Source: Myxococcales bacterium (GTDB lineage Bacteria; Myxococcota_A; Polyangia; Polyangiales; SLQV01). From it: 52,243 nucleotides of DNA. Every line of letters starts with the position of its first letter. Positions within the stretch are counted from its first letter, which is position 1. The translations under genes and the position numbers were made by a program. The stretch is taken from contig SLEO01000007.1 in the NCBI GenBank assembly GCA_007124745.1, positions 1 to 52,243 on the forward strand, read 5' to 3'. This document shows, one piece after another, positions 37,509 through 46,141 of the stretch. Below the pieces are notes generated by a model, which saw nothing but the letters and a program-made list of their open reading frames with translations, was not told the DNA's origin and ran no database searches.

Positions 37509-38189
37509 ATGAATACCAATCTAGGACTGCTCGGCACAAAACTCGGTATGACTCAGTACTTCGACGAACAAGGCGAAGTGCACCGAGTTACTGCCATCAA
37601 GGCAGGCCCTTGTGTGGTGGTGGGCAAGCGCACCAAAGAACGCGACGGCTACACCGCCTTGCAAATCGGCTTCGGAGCTTCGAAAGCGAAGCGCCACTCG
37701 AAAGCCGAACTTAAGAACTTCGAGAAAGCCGGCACCGATCCTTGTCGCACCATCCGCGAACTGCGCGTGCCCGAGGAAACGTGCGCCACGTTCGAGGTTG
37801 GCCAGGCGATATCCCTCGCGGACGTCTTCCGTGAAGGCCACTTTGTCGATATCGCTGGCATGACCAAGGGCCGCGGCTTCACGGGCGTCATCAAGCGCCA
37901 CGGCTTCAGCGGTGCGGGCACGGACACGCATGGCACCCACGAGTACCGCCGACACGGTGGTTCCATCGGTATGAACATGACGCCGGGTCGCACCTTCAAG
38001 GGTAAGAAGATGCCCGGTCGCCATGGCCATGTGCGCATCACCGTGCCCAACCTGCGCGTGGACCGCATCGAAGTTGAGGACGGCTTGCTTCTGGTTCGAG
38101 GCGCCGTACCGGGCCCGACGGGCGCGCTCGTAGAAGTCCGTTTGGCGAACCGCAAAGCCAAAGCGAACGCACGCGTCGCTGCGGCCTAG
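37509..38189 (+). CDS. rplC: 50S ribosomal protein L3 (uL3)
   Basis: GLLGTKLGMTQ, RDGYTALQIG, TKGRGFTGVIKRHGF, THGTHEYRRHGGSIG, PGRTFKGKKMPG, LVRGAVPG. Confidence 0.97.
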   Translation: MNTNLGLLGTKLGMTQYFDEQGEVHRVTAIKAGPCVVVGKRTKERDGYTALQIGFGASKAKRHSKAELKNFEKAGTDPCRTIRELRVPEETCATFEVGQAISLADVFREGHFVDIAGMTKGRGFTGVIKRHGFSGAGTDTHGTHEYRRHGGSIGMNMTPGRTFKGKKMPGRHGHVRITVPNLRVDRIEVEDGLLLVRGAVPGPTGALVEVRLANRKAKANARVAAA

Positions 38190-38246
38190 GTCTGTGTTGG
38201 TGCGGCCAAGGGTGCCGCCATGCGTCGGATCTGAGACGGAGATCTT

Positions 38247-38846
38247 GTGGCAGCTCAGGCAAAAAAGCGCTGGCGTGACCACTACACAGACAAAGCACGT
38301 CAGGCAGGTTTCGCAGCGCGCTCAGTCTTTAAGCTTGAAGAGATTGACCGCCGATTGGGGCTGGTCCGTCCCGGGCTTAAGGTCCTCGATTTGGGTGCAT
38401 CACCTGGGTCCTGGACACAGTACGTGCTTCAACGTCTAGCGGGCTCGGGGCAAGTGGTAGCGGTTGACCTCAAGCCGCTCCAGGGCGTTGGCGAGCAACC
38501 GAGCCTGACCTTTCTCGAAGGCGACATTTTCGACTTTAGCGTCGAGGAACTGCAAGGTGGGCCCGAGCCCTTCGACCTCGTGCTCAGCGATATGGCGCCG
38601 GCCACGATCGGCTCTCGCACTGCCGATACGCTTCGTTCCGCAGCCTTGTGTGAGCGCGTAGTGGATGTAGCGGATGCCTGCTTGCGCCCGGGAGGCGGGC
38701 TTCTGTTGAAGCTCTTGGAGGGCCAAGGGACAGCCCAGCTACGCAGCCGCCTCAAGCAAGACTACGCCTCGCTTCGGGCCTTCAGACCCGATGCCACCCG
38801 CAAAGCGAGTAGCGAGACCTTCCTCTACGCTATAAAGCCAGCATAG
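38247..38846 (+). CDS. rlmE: 23S rRNA Um2552 methyltransferase (FtsJ/RrmJ)
   Basis: DHYTDKAR..GFAARSVFKLEEID, DLGASPGSW, VDL, GDIF, VLSDMAP, K, SSETF (K-D-K-E tetrad). Confidence 0.93.
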   Translation: MAAQAKKRWRDHYTDKARQAGFAARSVFKLEEIDRRLGLVRPGLKVLDLGASPGSWTQYVLQRLAGSGQVVAVDLKPLQGVGEQPSLTFLEGDIFDFSVEELQGGPEPFDLVLSDMAPATIGSRTADTLRSAALCERVVDVADACLRPGGGLLLKLLEGQGTAQLRSRLKQDYASLRAFRPDATRKASSETFLYAIKPA

Positions 38847-38857
38847 GGCGATGCGCG

Positions 38858-41518
38858 TCAGAGTACGGCGCTGAGTTCGACGCAGAGCCTTGCAACCGCG
38901 GCTTCGTCCGGAAGCGCGCCCGTGAGCGCCTGGACGTAAAAGACGTCCGTGACCTTGTTTCCGTCGGTGGCGACGGCGGAGTAGGTGATTTCGAGACCGT
39001 GCTCCGCCAACACGCGCGTCAGGCGCGCGAGCAGCCCTGCGCTGTCTGCCGCCCGCACTTCGATGATGGCGGCCTCGCCGTGCTGCGTGCGCTCAAACGA
39101 AATGCGAGGTTCAATGGGGGGAAGGCGCCGGCGCACAAGGGGAGAGCTGACTTCAAGCATGCGGCGCCTGGCCTGTGTCAATACCGACATCTCGCCTGAT
39201 CCAAGGGAAGCGTGCAGCGCCGCCTCCACTTCCGCTAGCCGCTCCTTTGTCCAGCACTCTCCGCTGCGTTCGTTGACCGTCAAGAGGTCGAAGCGCTGCT
39301 TTGCGAACTCGGGGCTACCATCAGGTCGGGCAACGGCCGACGGGTTGAACCAGGAACGAGCCCCCACGATGTTAACGCCGCTGGCCTCAAGGTCCGCCGC
39401 AATGGCCGGGAGCAGACCGCAGGGGCTCGTGCTGCAAATCAAGATATCCGCATGCTCCTGCCGCCGTCGTATCCGCCCGAAGATTTCGAGGTTAGCAGCT
39501 CCCGCCTGCGCTAACCGTGCCTCCATCCAGCGAGCGAGGTCGGCGGGCAGACCCGCCAGAACACGCGCTTGCCAGGTGGCAGGATCGGCTTCGTCCACCT
39601 CCGGGCTCAGGAACTTCGAGGCCTGGTCGTAGAACGCCGTTAGCAGCTCGAGCTTCCAAGGCGTGAGGGCCTTCTCGCTCGTGGTTGCTAGATCGCAAAG
39701 GGTGAGCAGAAAAAGTCGGTCGAGTACAGTGCGCGACGGAATGACGCTACGCACATCCCGGGCGATCTCTGGGTCTGTGACATCTCGCCGCATCGCCCAA
39801 TGGTAGAGCTGCAAATGGTAACGAACGAGCCAGGCGACGGCGGCGGTCTCCTCCGGGCCAAGGCCAAGCCTTGGGCAAATAGACTCGGCCATCACCGCAC
39901 CGACCTCAGGGTGCTCCCTACCCGCATTCTTGCCGATATCGTGAAACAGGACGCCGAGCGCGAGCACGTGGTCATCTGCCATCTTCGCCGCGAGTTCCGA
40001 CGTGCGCGGGAGCACTGCGGCTTCGGCCCCGGACATGAGCTGATGCAGCCAGTCGAGGGCTCGCACCGAGTGCTCGTCTACGGTGTAGGTATGGTAGACG
40101 TCGAAATGCACCTTGCCGACTAGCGGCAAAAACTCGGGCACCACGGCGGTGATGAATCCAAGGTCGTGGAGTTCCCGCAGGAGCGTCCCGCGCGCGAAGA
40201 CGGCGGGCGTTCGGGTCAACAAGATCTGCCGAAAAAGCGTCTGTGCTTTGGCCGACTCGCGCAGCTCGGAGACCACCCCCTTCGCGTGCCAGGCGCGCGC
40301 CAGCGCATCGCGTAGCGTCGCGCCAAGTGGCAAGGGACGCGCGCGTGCCGCCTCAACCACCGCGAGGGTCTGCGTTGCCGTAAGCGTCTCGCTTGCGCCC
40401 GCCTCCGCATGCAGCTTGAGCCGGACCCCGTCCGTCCGAAGCCGGAGCCCATGACCCAAATCACCCACCTGCTCCCAGCGTGTGTCTGCAGTGCTCGTGT
40501 CAAGCGCGCGGGACAGCAGTCGCTCGCAGCTCTCAGCCACGATCTTCGCGTGTCGGTAGTAGAGCTGCATCATGCGTTCCGCCGCTTCGGCGGGCGACGT
40601 ACCGAAGCCGAGACGCAGACCGATAGCCTCCTGGTCTTCGAAGCTCAGCCGGTCGTTCCGCATACGACCGGTTGCGTGGATGAGCTGACGCAGGTGCCAA
40701 ATAAAGTCAGCGGCTTGCCGCACCGCGAGATGCTCGGACTCCCTTATGGCACCCGCCGCAACCAGGCTCTGACTATCGCGGGCGCCCCAGCGAATGTGCC
40801 CCGCCCAGCTGAGCACATCTGCATCGCGCAGACCGCCCCGCGCGAGCTTGAGCTGAGGTTCAAGCAAGAAGGAAGAGTCGCCAAAACGCTGATGCCGGCT
40901 GCTTACCTCTTCTGCGAGCGCTTCAAGCAGACGCCGGCGCAACACTTCGTCTCGCGTCAGATTGTGTGCGAAAGCGGCCTTCAAAGACGCGAGCGGCCCC
41001 GCGCAGCCGGCAATAAGTTTCGTGTCAAGCAGCGCTGTGGCCATCTTCAGATCCGCGAGGGCGTGTGCCAAAAACCCTTCTTCGGTCTGAATGGTGTGAC
41101 CGACCTCAAGTCCCGAATCCCACAGGGGGTAGAAGAGAAACTCCGCAAAGGCTTGGGTGCGTGGACACGCACCCTCGCCACCGGGCACCTCCGGCGCTAG
41201 CAGCACGAGGTCAACATCGCTGCGTAGCGCTACCCTGCCGCGACCGTATGAACCGACCGCGACCAACGTGGGCTCAAAGGACGGTCGGTGCGCGTGTTTG
41301 GCAGACTCGCGCAACAGCGCCGAGGACGCCGCGAAGAGCGATGTCAAAAGCCCGTCGAGCGCCCGCGACCAAGCCTCGGCGATACGCACGCCGTCCTGTC
41401 CGTCTTGCAACGCACTCTGGGACCGGCCGCGATGAAGGCTGATGTAGTCCGTGGTGCTGGCTACCATCCCCGACGTGATTGCGGCGGCGTTCACCTGTGC
41501 GTCTAGGGCTGCTAGCAC
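38858..41518 (-). CDS. glnD: PII uridylyltransferase/uridylyl-removing enzyme
   Basis: VGSYGRG..ALRSDVDL, LEPQLKLARGGLRD, HTYTVDEH, LFHDIGK, DLATT, C-terminal ACT (EVRAADSAGLLA...VTDVFYV). Confidence 0.93.
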   Translation of the reverse strand: MLAALDAQVNAAAITSGMVASTTDYISLHRGRSQSALQDGQDGVRIAEAWSRALDGLLTSLFAASSALLRESAKHAHRPSFEPTLVAVGSYGRGRVALRSDVDLVLLAPEVPGGEGACPRTQAFAEFLFYPLWDSGLEVGHTIQTEEGFLAHALADLKMATALLDTKLIAGCAGPLASLKAAFAHNLTRDEVLRRRLLEALAEEVSSRHQRFGDSSFLLEPQLKLARGGLRDADVLSWAGHIRWGARDSQSLVAAGAIRESEHLAVRQAADFIWHLRQLIHATGRMRNDRLSFEDQEAIGLRLGFGTSPAEAAERMMQLYYRHAKIVAESCERLLSRALDTSTADTRWEQVGDLGHGLRLRTDGVRLKLHAEAGASETLTATQTLAVVEAARARPLPLGATLRDALARAWHAKGVVSELRESAKAQTLFRQILLTRTPAVFARGTLLRELHDLGFITAVVPEFLPLVGKVHFDVYHTYTVDEHSVRALDWLHQLMSGAEAAVLPRTSELAAKMADDHVLALGVLFHDIGKNAGREHPEVGAVMAESICPRLGLGPEETAAVAWLVRYHLQLYHWAMRRDVTDPEIARDVRSVIPSRTVLDRLFLLTLCDLATTSEKALTPWKLELLTAFYDQASKFLSPEVDEADPATWQARVLAGLPADLARWMEARLAQAGAANLEIFGRIRRRQEHADILICSTSPCGLLPAIAADLEASGVNIVGARSWFNPSAVARPDGSPEFAKQRFDLLTVNERSGECWTKERLAEVEAALHASLGSGEMSVLTQARRRMLEVSSPLVRRRLPPIEPRISFERTQHGEAAIIEVRAADSAGLLARLTRVLAEHGLEITYSAVATDGNKVTDVFYVQALTGALPDEAAVARLCVELSAVL

Positions 41519-41625
41519 TTTAGAAACATGGGGGACTTTGCCCTTCTGAGCAAGGTCTGCGGCCCGGAGGATTTACAGAAACGCCTGCCATGGCATCCGG
41601 TACCGATGCGACCTAAATCTCGCGC

Positions 41626-42987
41626 ATGCCGTGGAGCATTCAAGCATCGCGCGCGCGCCTGGCCGAAAGCCGCGCGCCAGAGCATCCGCGCCGTTACCGG
41701 CGAGGTGAAGACACGACCTGTGCGACGCGAGCGTTCCCGACGCGCGGAGTTCGAGGAAGGTCTCAGTCTGGCGCGAAGGCATTAGCGCGCGTCTATGGCG
41801 AAGGGCTGCGGCGTGGCGCGGCAGGCCTCGCCGTCGGGTGTCTGTTACTGGCGTGTGACTTGGGGCCCCGCAGCGCGCGCGGTGACGCCGAACGAGGTCC
41901 GTTGTCCGAAACGTCGCGGCGGGCTGATGCCGCAGAGCGTTCAGGTGTTGCCGCGGAAACACCATCACCATCGGCCCGCTTGGACAGTGGCAGCGGAGCC
42001 GAGCCGGAACTGCGAACCTTCAGACGCAAGCTGATGGGAACCTACTTCCGCATCGTGGTGCCCGAGCCTGCAAGTGCGGAGACCGAAGCCGCAGTGGAGG
42101 CCGCGTTTGACGTCATGGCGCGAATCGAAACTCGCCTATCGGAATGGATTCCCGACAGCGAAATCTCGCAGATCAACCGGGGATCGGGCAGTGGCAAGTG
42201 GTTCGAGGTTCACCCGGATACCCTGGCAAACCTACGTCTCGGAACGCGCATCTCCGAGCTCAGTGCGGGCGCTTTCGATCTGACGTGGGCAGCACTCCGA
42301 GGGCTCTACACTTTTGACGACACGCGGAACGAAGCACCGAGCCCGGAAGCCATCGCCAAGCGCCTGCCCCGCATCGACTACCGAGCGCTAGAGATCGACG
42401 TAGCCGGTTCACGAGCGCGGCTGACGCGGCCCGACATGGTCATTGGCACAGGAGGCATCACCAAAGGATACGCGCTGGATGAGGCGGGACGCCTTCTGCG
42501 CGAGCGCGGCGTGCGCGACTTCATGCTGGATGCTGGCGGCCAGGTGCATCTCAGCGGGCTTCGGGGTGGAAGGTCATGGCGCTTCGCCGTGCGGCATCCA
42601 CGCAAAGCAGAACCGCTCGCCCTCATCGAAGCGAGTGACGTTGCCGTCGCCACCTCAGGTGACTACGAGCATTACTTCATGGATAGCGAGGGTCGTCGTT
42701 GGCACCACATCATCGACCCACGCACGGGTTATCCTGCGCGCGCGAGTGCTAGCGTGACCGTACTGTCGGAAAACGGCATGGCCGCCGATGCGCTCGCGAC
42801 CACCCTGTTTATAGTGGGGCCCGAGGCGGGCCAAGCGCTGCTGAATCAGCTCGACTACGCCGTTGAGGCGGTCTGGATTACGGCCAACGGGCACATCATC
42901 GAGACGCGCGGTCTGCACGGAAAGGTAGCCTACCGCGATGCGGACGTAGCGAGCGATCCCTTGCGCATCAAGGGAATGACGCCCTGA
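41626..42987 (+). CDS. apbE: FAD:protein FMN transferase
   Basis: LMGT, SEISQIN, GAFDLT, GGITKGYALD, ATSGDYE, HHIIDPRTG, ADALAT; lipobox LLAC. True start is probably downstream of 41626. Confidence 0.92.
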   Translation: MPWSIQASRARLAESRAPEHPRRYRRGEDTTCATRAFPTRGVRGRSQSGAKALARVYGEGLRRGAAGLAVGCLLLACDLGPRSARGDAERGPLSETSRRADAAERSGVAAETPSPSARLDSGSGAEPELRTFRRKLMGTYFRIVVPEPASAETEAAVEAAFDVMARIETRLSEWIPDSEISQINRGSGSGKWFEVHPDTLANLRLGTRISELSAGAFDLTWAALRGLYTFDDTRNEAPSPEAIAKRLPRIDYRALEIDVAGSRARLTRPDMVIGTGGITKGYALDEAGRLLRERGVRDFMLDAGGQVHLSGLRGGRSWRFAVRHPRKAEPLALIEASDVAVATSGDYEHYFMDSEGRRWHHIIDPRTGYPARASASVTVLSENGMAADALATTLFIVGPEAGQALLNQLDYAVEAVWITANGHIIETRGLHGKVAYRDADVASDPLRIKGMTP

Positions 42988-43017
42988 ACGCTCAACCCTG
43001 ACGGCTGGGCAGCGGCT

Positions 43018-44184
43018 TTGCCTTTCGGAGCCGGTGGTGAGCCTGATAGCCTAAGGGTCGTGCTCAAGGACTCGTCGCTCGCATCACTCCCGTGGCTCAC
43101 CATTGACAGCGCACTGCTGCCAGAGAAGGTGCGCAAGTTCACCTCGGCGCAGGCACCCGCGCCCGCACGTAACATGGCCGCGCGGGGCGCGTTACCGTTG
43201 GCGGCGGTCGAACTTGTCAGCACGCTCGCCGCACTTGCGGGCGGTACGGACGAGGCAGCCGACATTGCGCGCGAAAGCCTCGGCAACCTCCCGCTGCCCG
43301 TCCTGAGCGAGGCGGCGCAGAAAGTGGCGCTTGCCGAAGCCCTGCAGGCCGTCGCCAAAGCCTGCGCATCTCACGCGGAGGTGTTGCGTTTGGTGGCGGC
43401 CAATAAAGCCACCAATGACCAGACGTTTGCGGCGCTCGCCACATCCACGGACCGGGAAACGCTCGATATTCTCGCGAATAACCAAGTTCGCATGCTGGCC
43501 GTACCTCGCGCTATCGAATGCCTCTACTTCAACCCCCTTGCGTCCTCCGTTTTACTCGACCGCTTGATCGAACTCGCTGGACGCCAGGGGGTAGCACTGA
43601 ACGCCATTCCCGCGCTTGAGGAGCACATGGCGGCGCTGGCGGAGGCTGAAGAGGATGCCGCGCTTGCCGCGGATGCCTTCGAAGCCACGCTCATGGAAGC
43701 GCAACTGGCCGCGAACGGCGAAAGCGAAGTCGCCGACGAGGAAGGCGCCGCAGAAGCACTTGAGGATGCCAAATCCAAACCCATCGCCACGCTTATTGGC
43801 AAGATGAACATGGCGCAGAAGATTCGCCTCGCCACCCTGGGCAATGCCAGCGCGCGGGCCGTGCTTGTGCGCGACGGTTCCAAGAACGTGGCACTTGCGG
43901 CGATCAAGTCACCAGCGGTCAGCGTCGGTGAAGCCACCGCCTACGCGCGCAGCAAGGAGGTCGCGGAGGACGTATTGCGCTTCATCGGCAATAAACGGGA
44001 CTGGCTTCGCTACTACGAGGTGAAGCACGCCTTGGTGGCCAACCCTAAGGCACCGACCGCCCTCGCCCTACGGCTAGTGAACCATCTCCGCGATAAGGAC
44101 ATTCGCGCGCTTTCGACAAGCCGCAATATCCCCGCCGCCGTCAAGAACGCAGCGAGCCAGCGGCTCAAGACCCGTTCAGGCTAA
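43018..44184 (+). CDS. Alpha-helical hypothetical protein (HEAT/LRV-repeat-like)
   Basis: Long ORF with coding-like codon usage; QKIRLATLGNASARAVLVRD, YEVKHALVANPKAP. Confidence 0.8.
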   Translation: MPFGAGGEPDSLRVVLKDSSLASLPWLTIDSALLPEKVRKFTSAQAPAPARNMAARGALPLAAVELVSTLAALAGGTDEAADIARESLGNLPLPVLSEAAQKVALAEALQAVAKACASHAEVLRLVAANKATNDQTFAALATSTDRETLDILANNQVRMLAVPRAIECLYFNPLASSVLLDRLIELAGRQGVALNAIPALEEHMAALAEAEEDAALAADAFEATLMEAQLAANGESEVADEEGAAEALEDAKSKPIATLIGKMNMAQKIRLATLGNASARAVLVRDGSKNVALAAIKSPAVSVGEATAYARSKEVAEDVLRFIGNKRDWLRYYEVKHALVANPKAPTALALRLVNHLRDKDIRALSTSRNIPAAVKNAASQRLKTRSG

Positions 44185-44220
44185 GGCAAGTAGCATCGTC
44201 ACGAAAATCACTCGGACGAC

Positions 44221-45102
44221 TTGAACAAGCGACGTCACTTCGCTTCAGCGCCGCTACGTACTAAGCTCGATGGCGTGTATTCTGAAACTCCGGACGCAAG
44301 CCGGCGGATCACCGTGGCTGACCTCGCGAAGCTCAAAGCCAAGGGTGAAGCGATCGTCGCGGTGTCACTCTACGATGCCTGGATGGCGCGGCTTTTCGAA
44401 GGCGCAGGCGCACATGTGCTGCTCGTCGGCGACTCCCTCGGCATGCTGTTTCAGGGCCAGCGTGACACCGTCAGCGTGACGCTGGAACACGTCATCTATC
44501 ACACGCGGGCGGTGCGCGCGGGCGCCGCGCGGGCGCACGTCGTCGCCGATCTACCCTTCCTCTGGGCGTCCCGCAGTGAAGATGAAGCGCTCGTCGCGCT
44601 CGGGCGCCTGCTGCAGGAAGGTGGCGCGGACAGCGTTAAAATCGAGGCCACTGAGCGCCAAGCTCCGCTCATCGCGCGCGCGGTCGAAGCGGGCATCCCC
44701 ATCATGGCCCACGTCGGCCTAAGGCCGCAGACCGCGCGGACCCTTGGGGGCTACCCTCGCCAGGGCCGCGACGCCGAGAGCGCTGCTGCTATTTGCGCTA
44801 CGGCCGAGGTGCTTGCTGACGCAGGCGCCTACGCCCTTCTCATTGAAAATGTGCCGGATAGCCTCGGCAATGAAATCACGGCTCGCGTGCGTATCCCCAC
44901 CATCGGCATCGGAGCAGGCCCGGGCTGCAGCGGTCAGATACTCGTCGCGCACGATATCCTCGGCTTCTCGGACACGACCCCACCCTTCGCGCGCCCCTTC
45001 GCCAACCTTGGTGCTGAAGCCGCGTCTGCTGCGCAGGCCTACGCCCAGGCGGTCGCGAGCGGCCAGGTCGGCAGCCGACCACCGCCCGCTACGCGTCGCT
45101 AA
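44221..45102 (+). CDS. panB: 3-methyl-2-oxobutanoate hydroxymethyltransferase
   Basis: YDA, LLVGDSLGM, VVADLPF, VKIE, HVGLRPQ, PTIGIGAG.CSGQILV.HDILG. Confidence 0.94.
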   Translation: MNKRRHFASAPLRTKLDGVYSETPDASRRITVADLAKLKAKGEAIVAVSLYDAWMARLFEGAGAHVLLVGDSLGMLFQGQRDTVSVTLEHVIYHTRAVRAGAARAHVVADLPFLWASRSEDEALVALGRLLQEGGADSVKIEATERQAPLIARAVEAGIPIMAHVGLRPQTARTLGGYPRQGRDAESAAAICATAEVLADAGAYALLIENVPDSLGNEITARVRIPTIGIGAGPGCSGQILVAHDILGFSDTTPPFARPFANLGAEAASAAQAYAQAVASGQVGSRPPPATRR

Positions 45103-45166
45103 CCGAGTGAGGCAAACGGCGCCGGACTTCAACTGGCATCGCGGCGGAACGCGGATGCGTCACGGG

Positions 45167-46093
45167 TCACGAATGCGCGGATGTGACGGCGAAAGCTTCT
45201 AGGTCTGGACCTAGACCCAGGGCCGCGTTGTCGATCAGGCGGGCGCCACCGACGTAGGCGGCGATGAGACAGCGTGCGTCGGCTCGGAGCGGGCGGTCTT
45301 CCGGCCAGGGCTCCAAGGTTTCCGGGTCAACAATTGCGGCGTAGTCGAGGCGCTCGATGGCGCTTGACGCGCCATGTCCGTCATGAAGCGCGGCGCCCCC
45401 AGCCTGTGCCCCCAACACCTCGTCCACTTGGTTCTGAACGGCGTTCACTGCACGCACGCCCTGTACAAAAGTGGCACGCGCGGCAGCAAGGGCCTCCACG
45501 AGGCGCCGCGCCAGCGGCCGTGTGCTGGGCGTCAGGTAGGCGTTACGCGTCGAGAGGGCTACGCCGTCGTCATCGCGGACGGTTTCGACACCGAGCACCT
45601 TGCAGCCGAGCGCCAGGTCCTCGGCGAGGTGCTGAACGACGCGTAGCTGCTGGAAGTCTTTTTCGCCGAAGGCCACGAGCGTTGGGCGGATCAGGCCGAA
45701 GAGGCGCGCCAGAACCGTGAGCACGCCCTCGAAATGCGCCGGACGGCAGGCGCCTTCCCAACGACTCGCCAGCGGACCGGGCAGGACGCGCGTCTGAAAC
45801 CCAGGCGGATAGAACTCGCCTGCCTCAGGGACAAACACGAAGGCGACGCCCGCCGCTTCGCAAAGCGCCAAGTCCGCCTCCGTCGACCGAGGATAGCGTT
45901 GCCAATCTTCCCCGGGCCCAAACTGCAAGGGGTTCACAAAGATGGAGACCGCTCGCGGCAGACCTGAAGGTCTCAGTGCTTCGATGCACGCGAGGTGCCC
46001 CCGGTGGAGCCCACCCATCGTTGGGACAAGCCCTACCCTGCCGAGCGTTTCCAGCTCCGCCCGCAGCGACGCAACATCTCGAATCACCTTCAC
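45167..46093 (-). CDS. panC: Pantoate-beta-alanine ligase
   Basis: VPTMGGLHRGH, SIFVNPLQF, RPAHFEGV, FGEKDFQQ, RDDDGVALSTRN, RLIDN. Confidence 0.95.
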   Translation of the reverse strand: MKVIRDVASLRAELETLGRVGLVPTMGGLHRGHLACIEALRPSGLPRAVSIFVNPLQFGPGEDWQRYPRSTEADLALCEAAGVAFVFVPEAGEFYPPGFQTRVLPGPLASRWEGACRPAHFEGVLTVLARLFGLIRPTLVAFGEKDFQQLRVVQHLAEDLALGCKVLGVETVRDDDGVALSTRNAYLTPSTRPLARRLVEALAAARATFVQGVRAVNAVQNQVDEVLGAQAGGAALHDGHGASSAIERLDYAAIVDPETLEPWPEDRPLRADARCLIAAYVGGARLIDNAALGLGPDLEAFAVTSAHS

Positions 46094-46141
46094 GCGCGCT
46101 ACTGTGTGCCTGAAGCCGGAGGGACGCCATGCTTGTGACGT

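Noticed and set aside
37521-38282. Long antisense and alternative-frame ORFs (this one, 15545-16309, 17801-18499, 40409-41200 and others)
   Set aside because: Shadows of real genes caused by GC-rich codon bias; no recognisable motifs.
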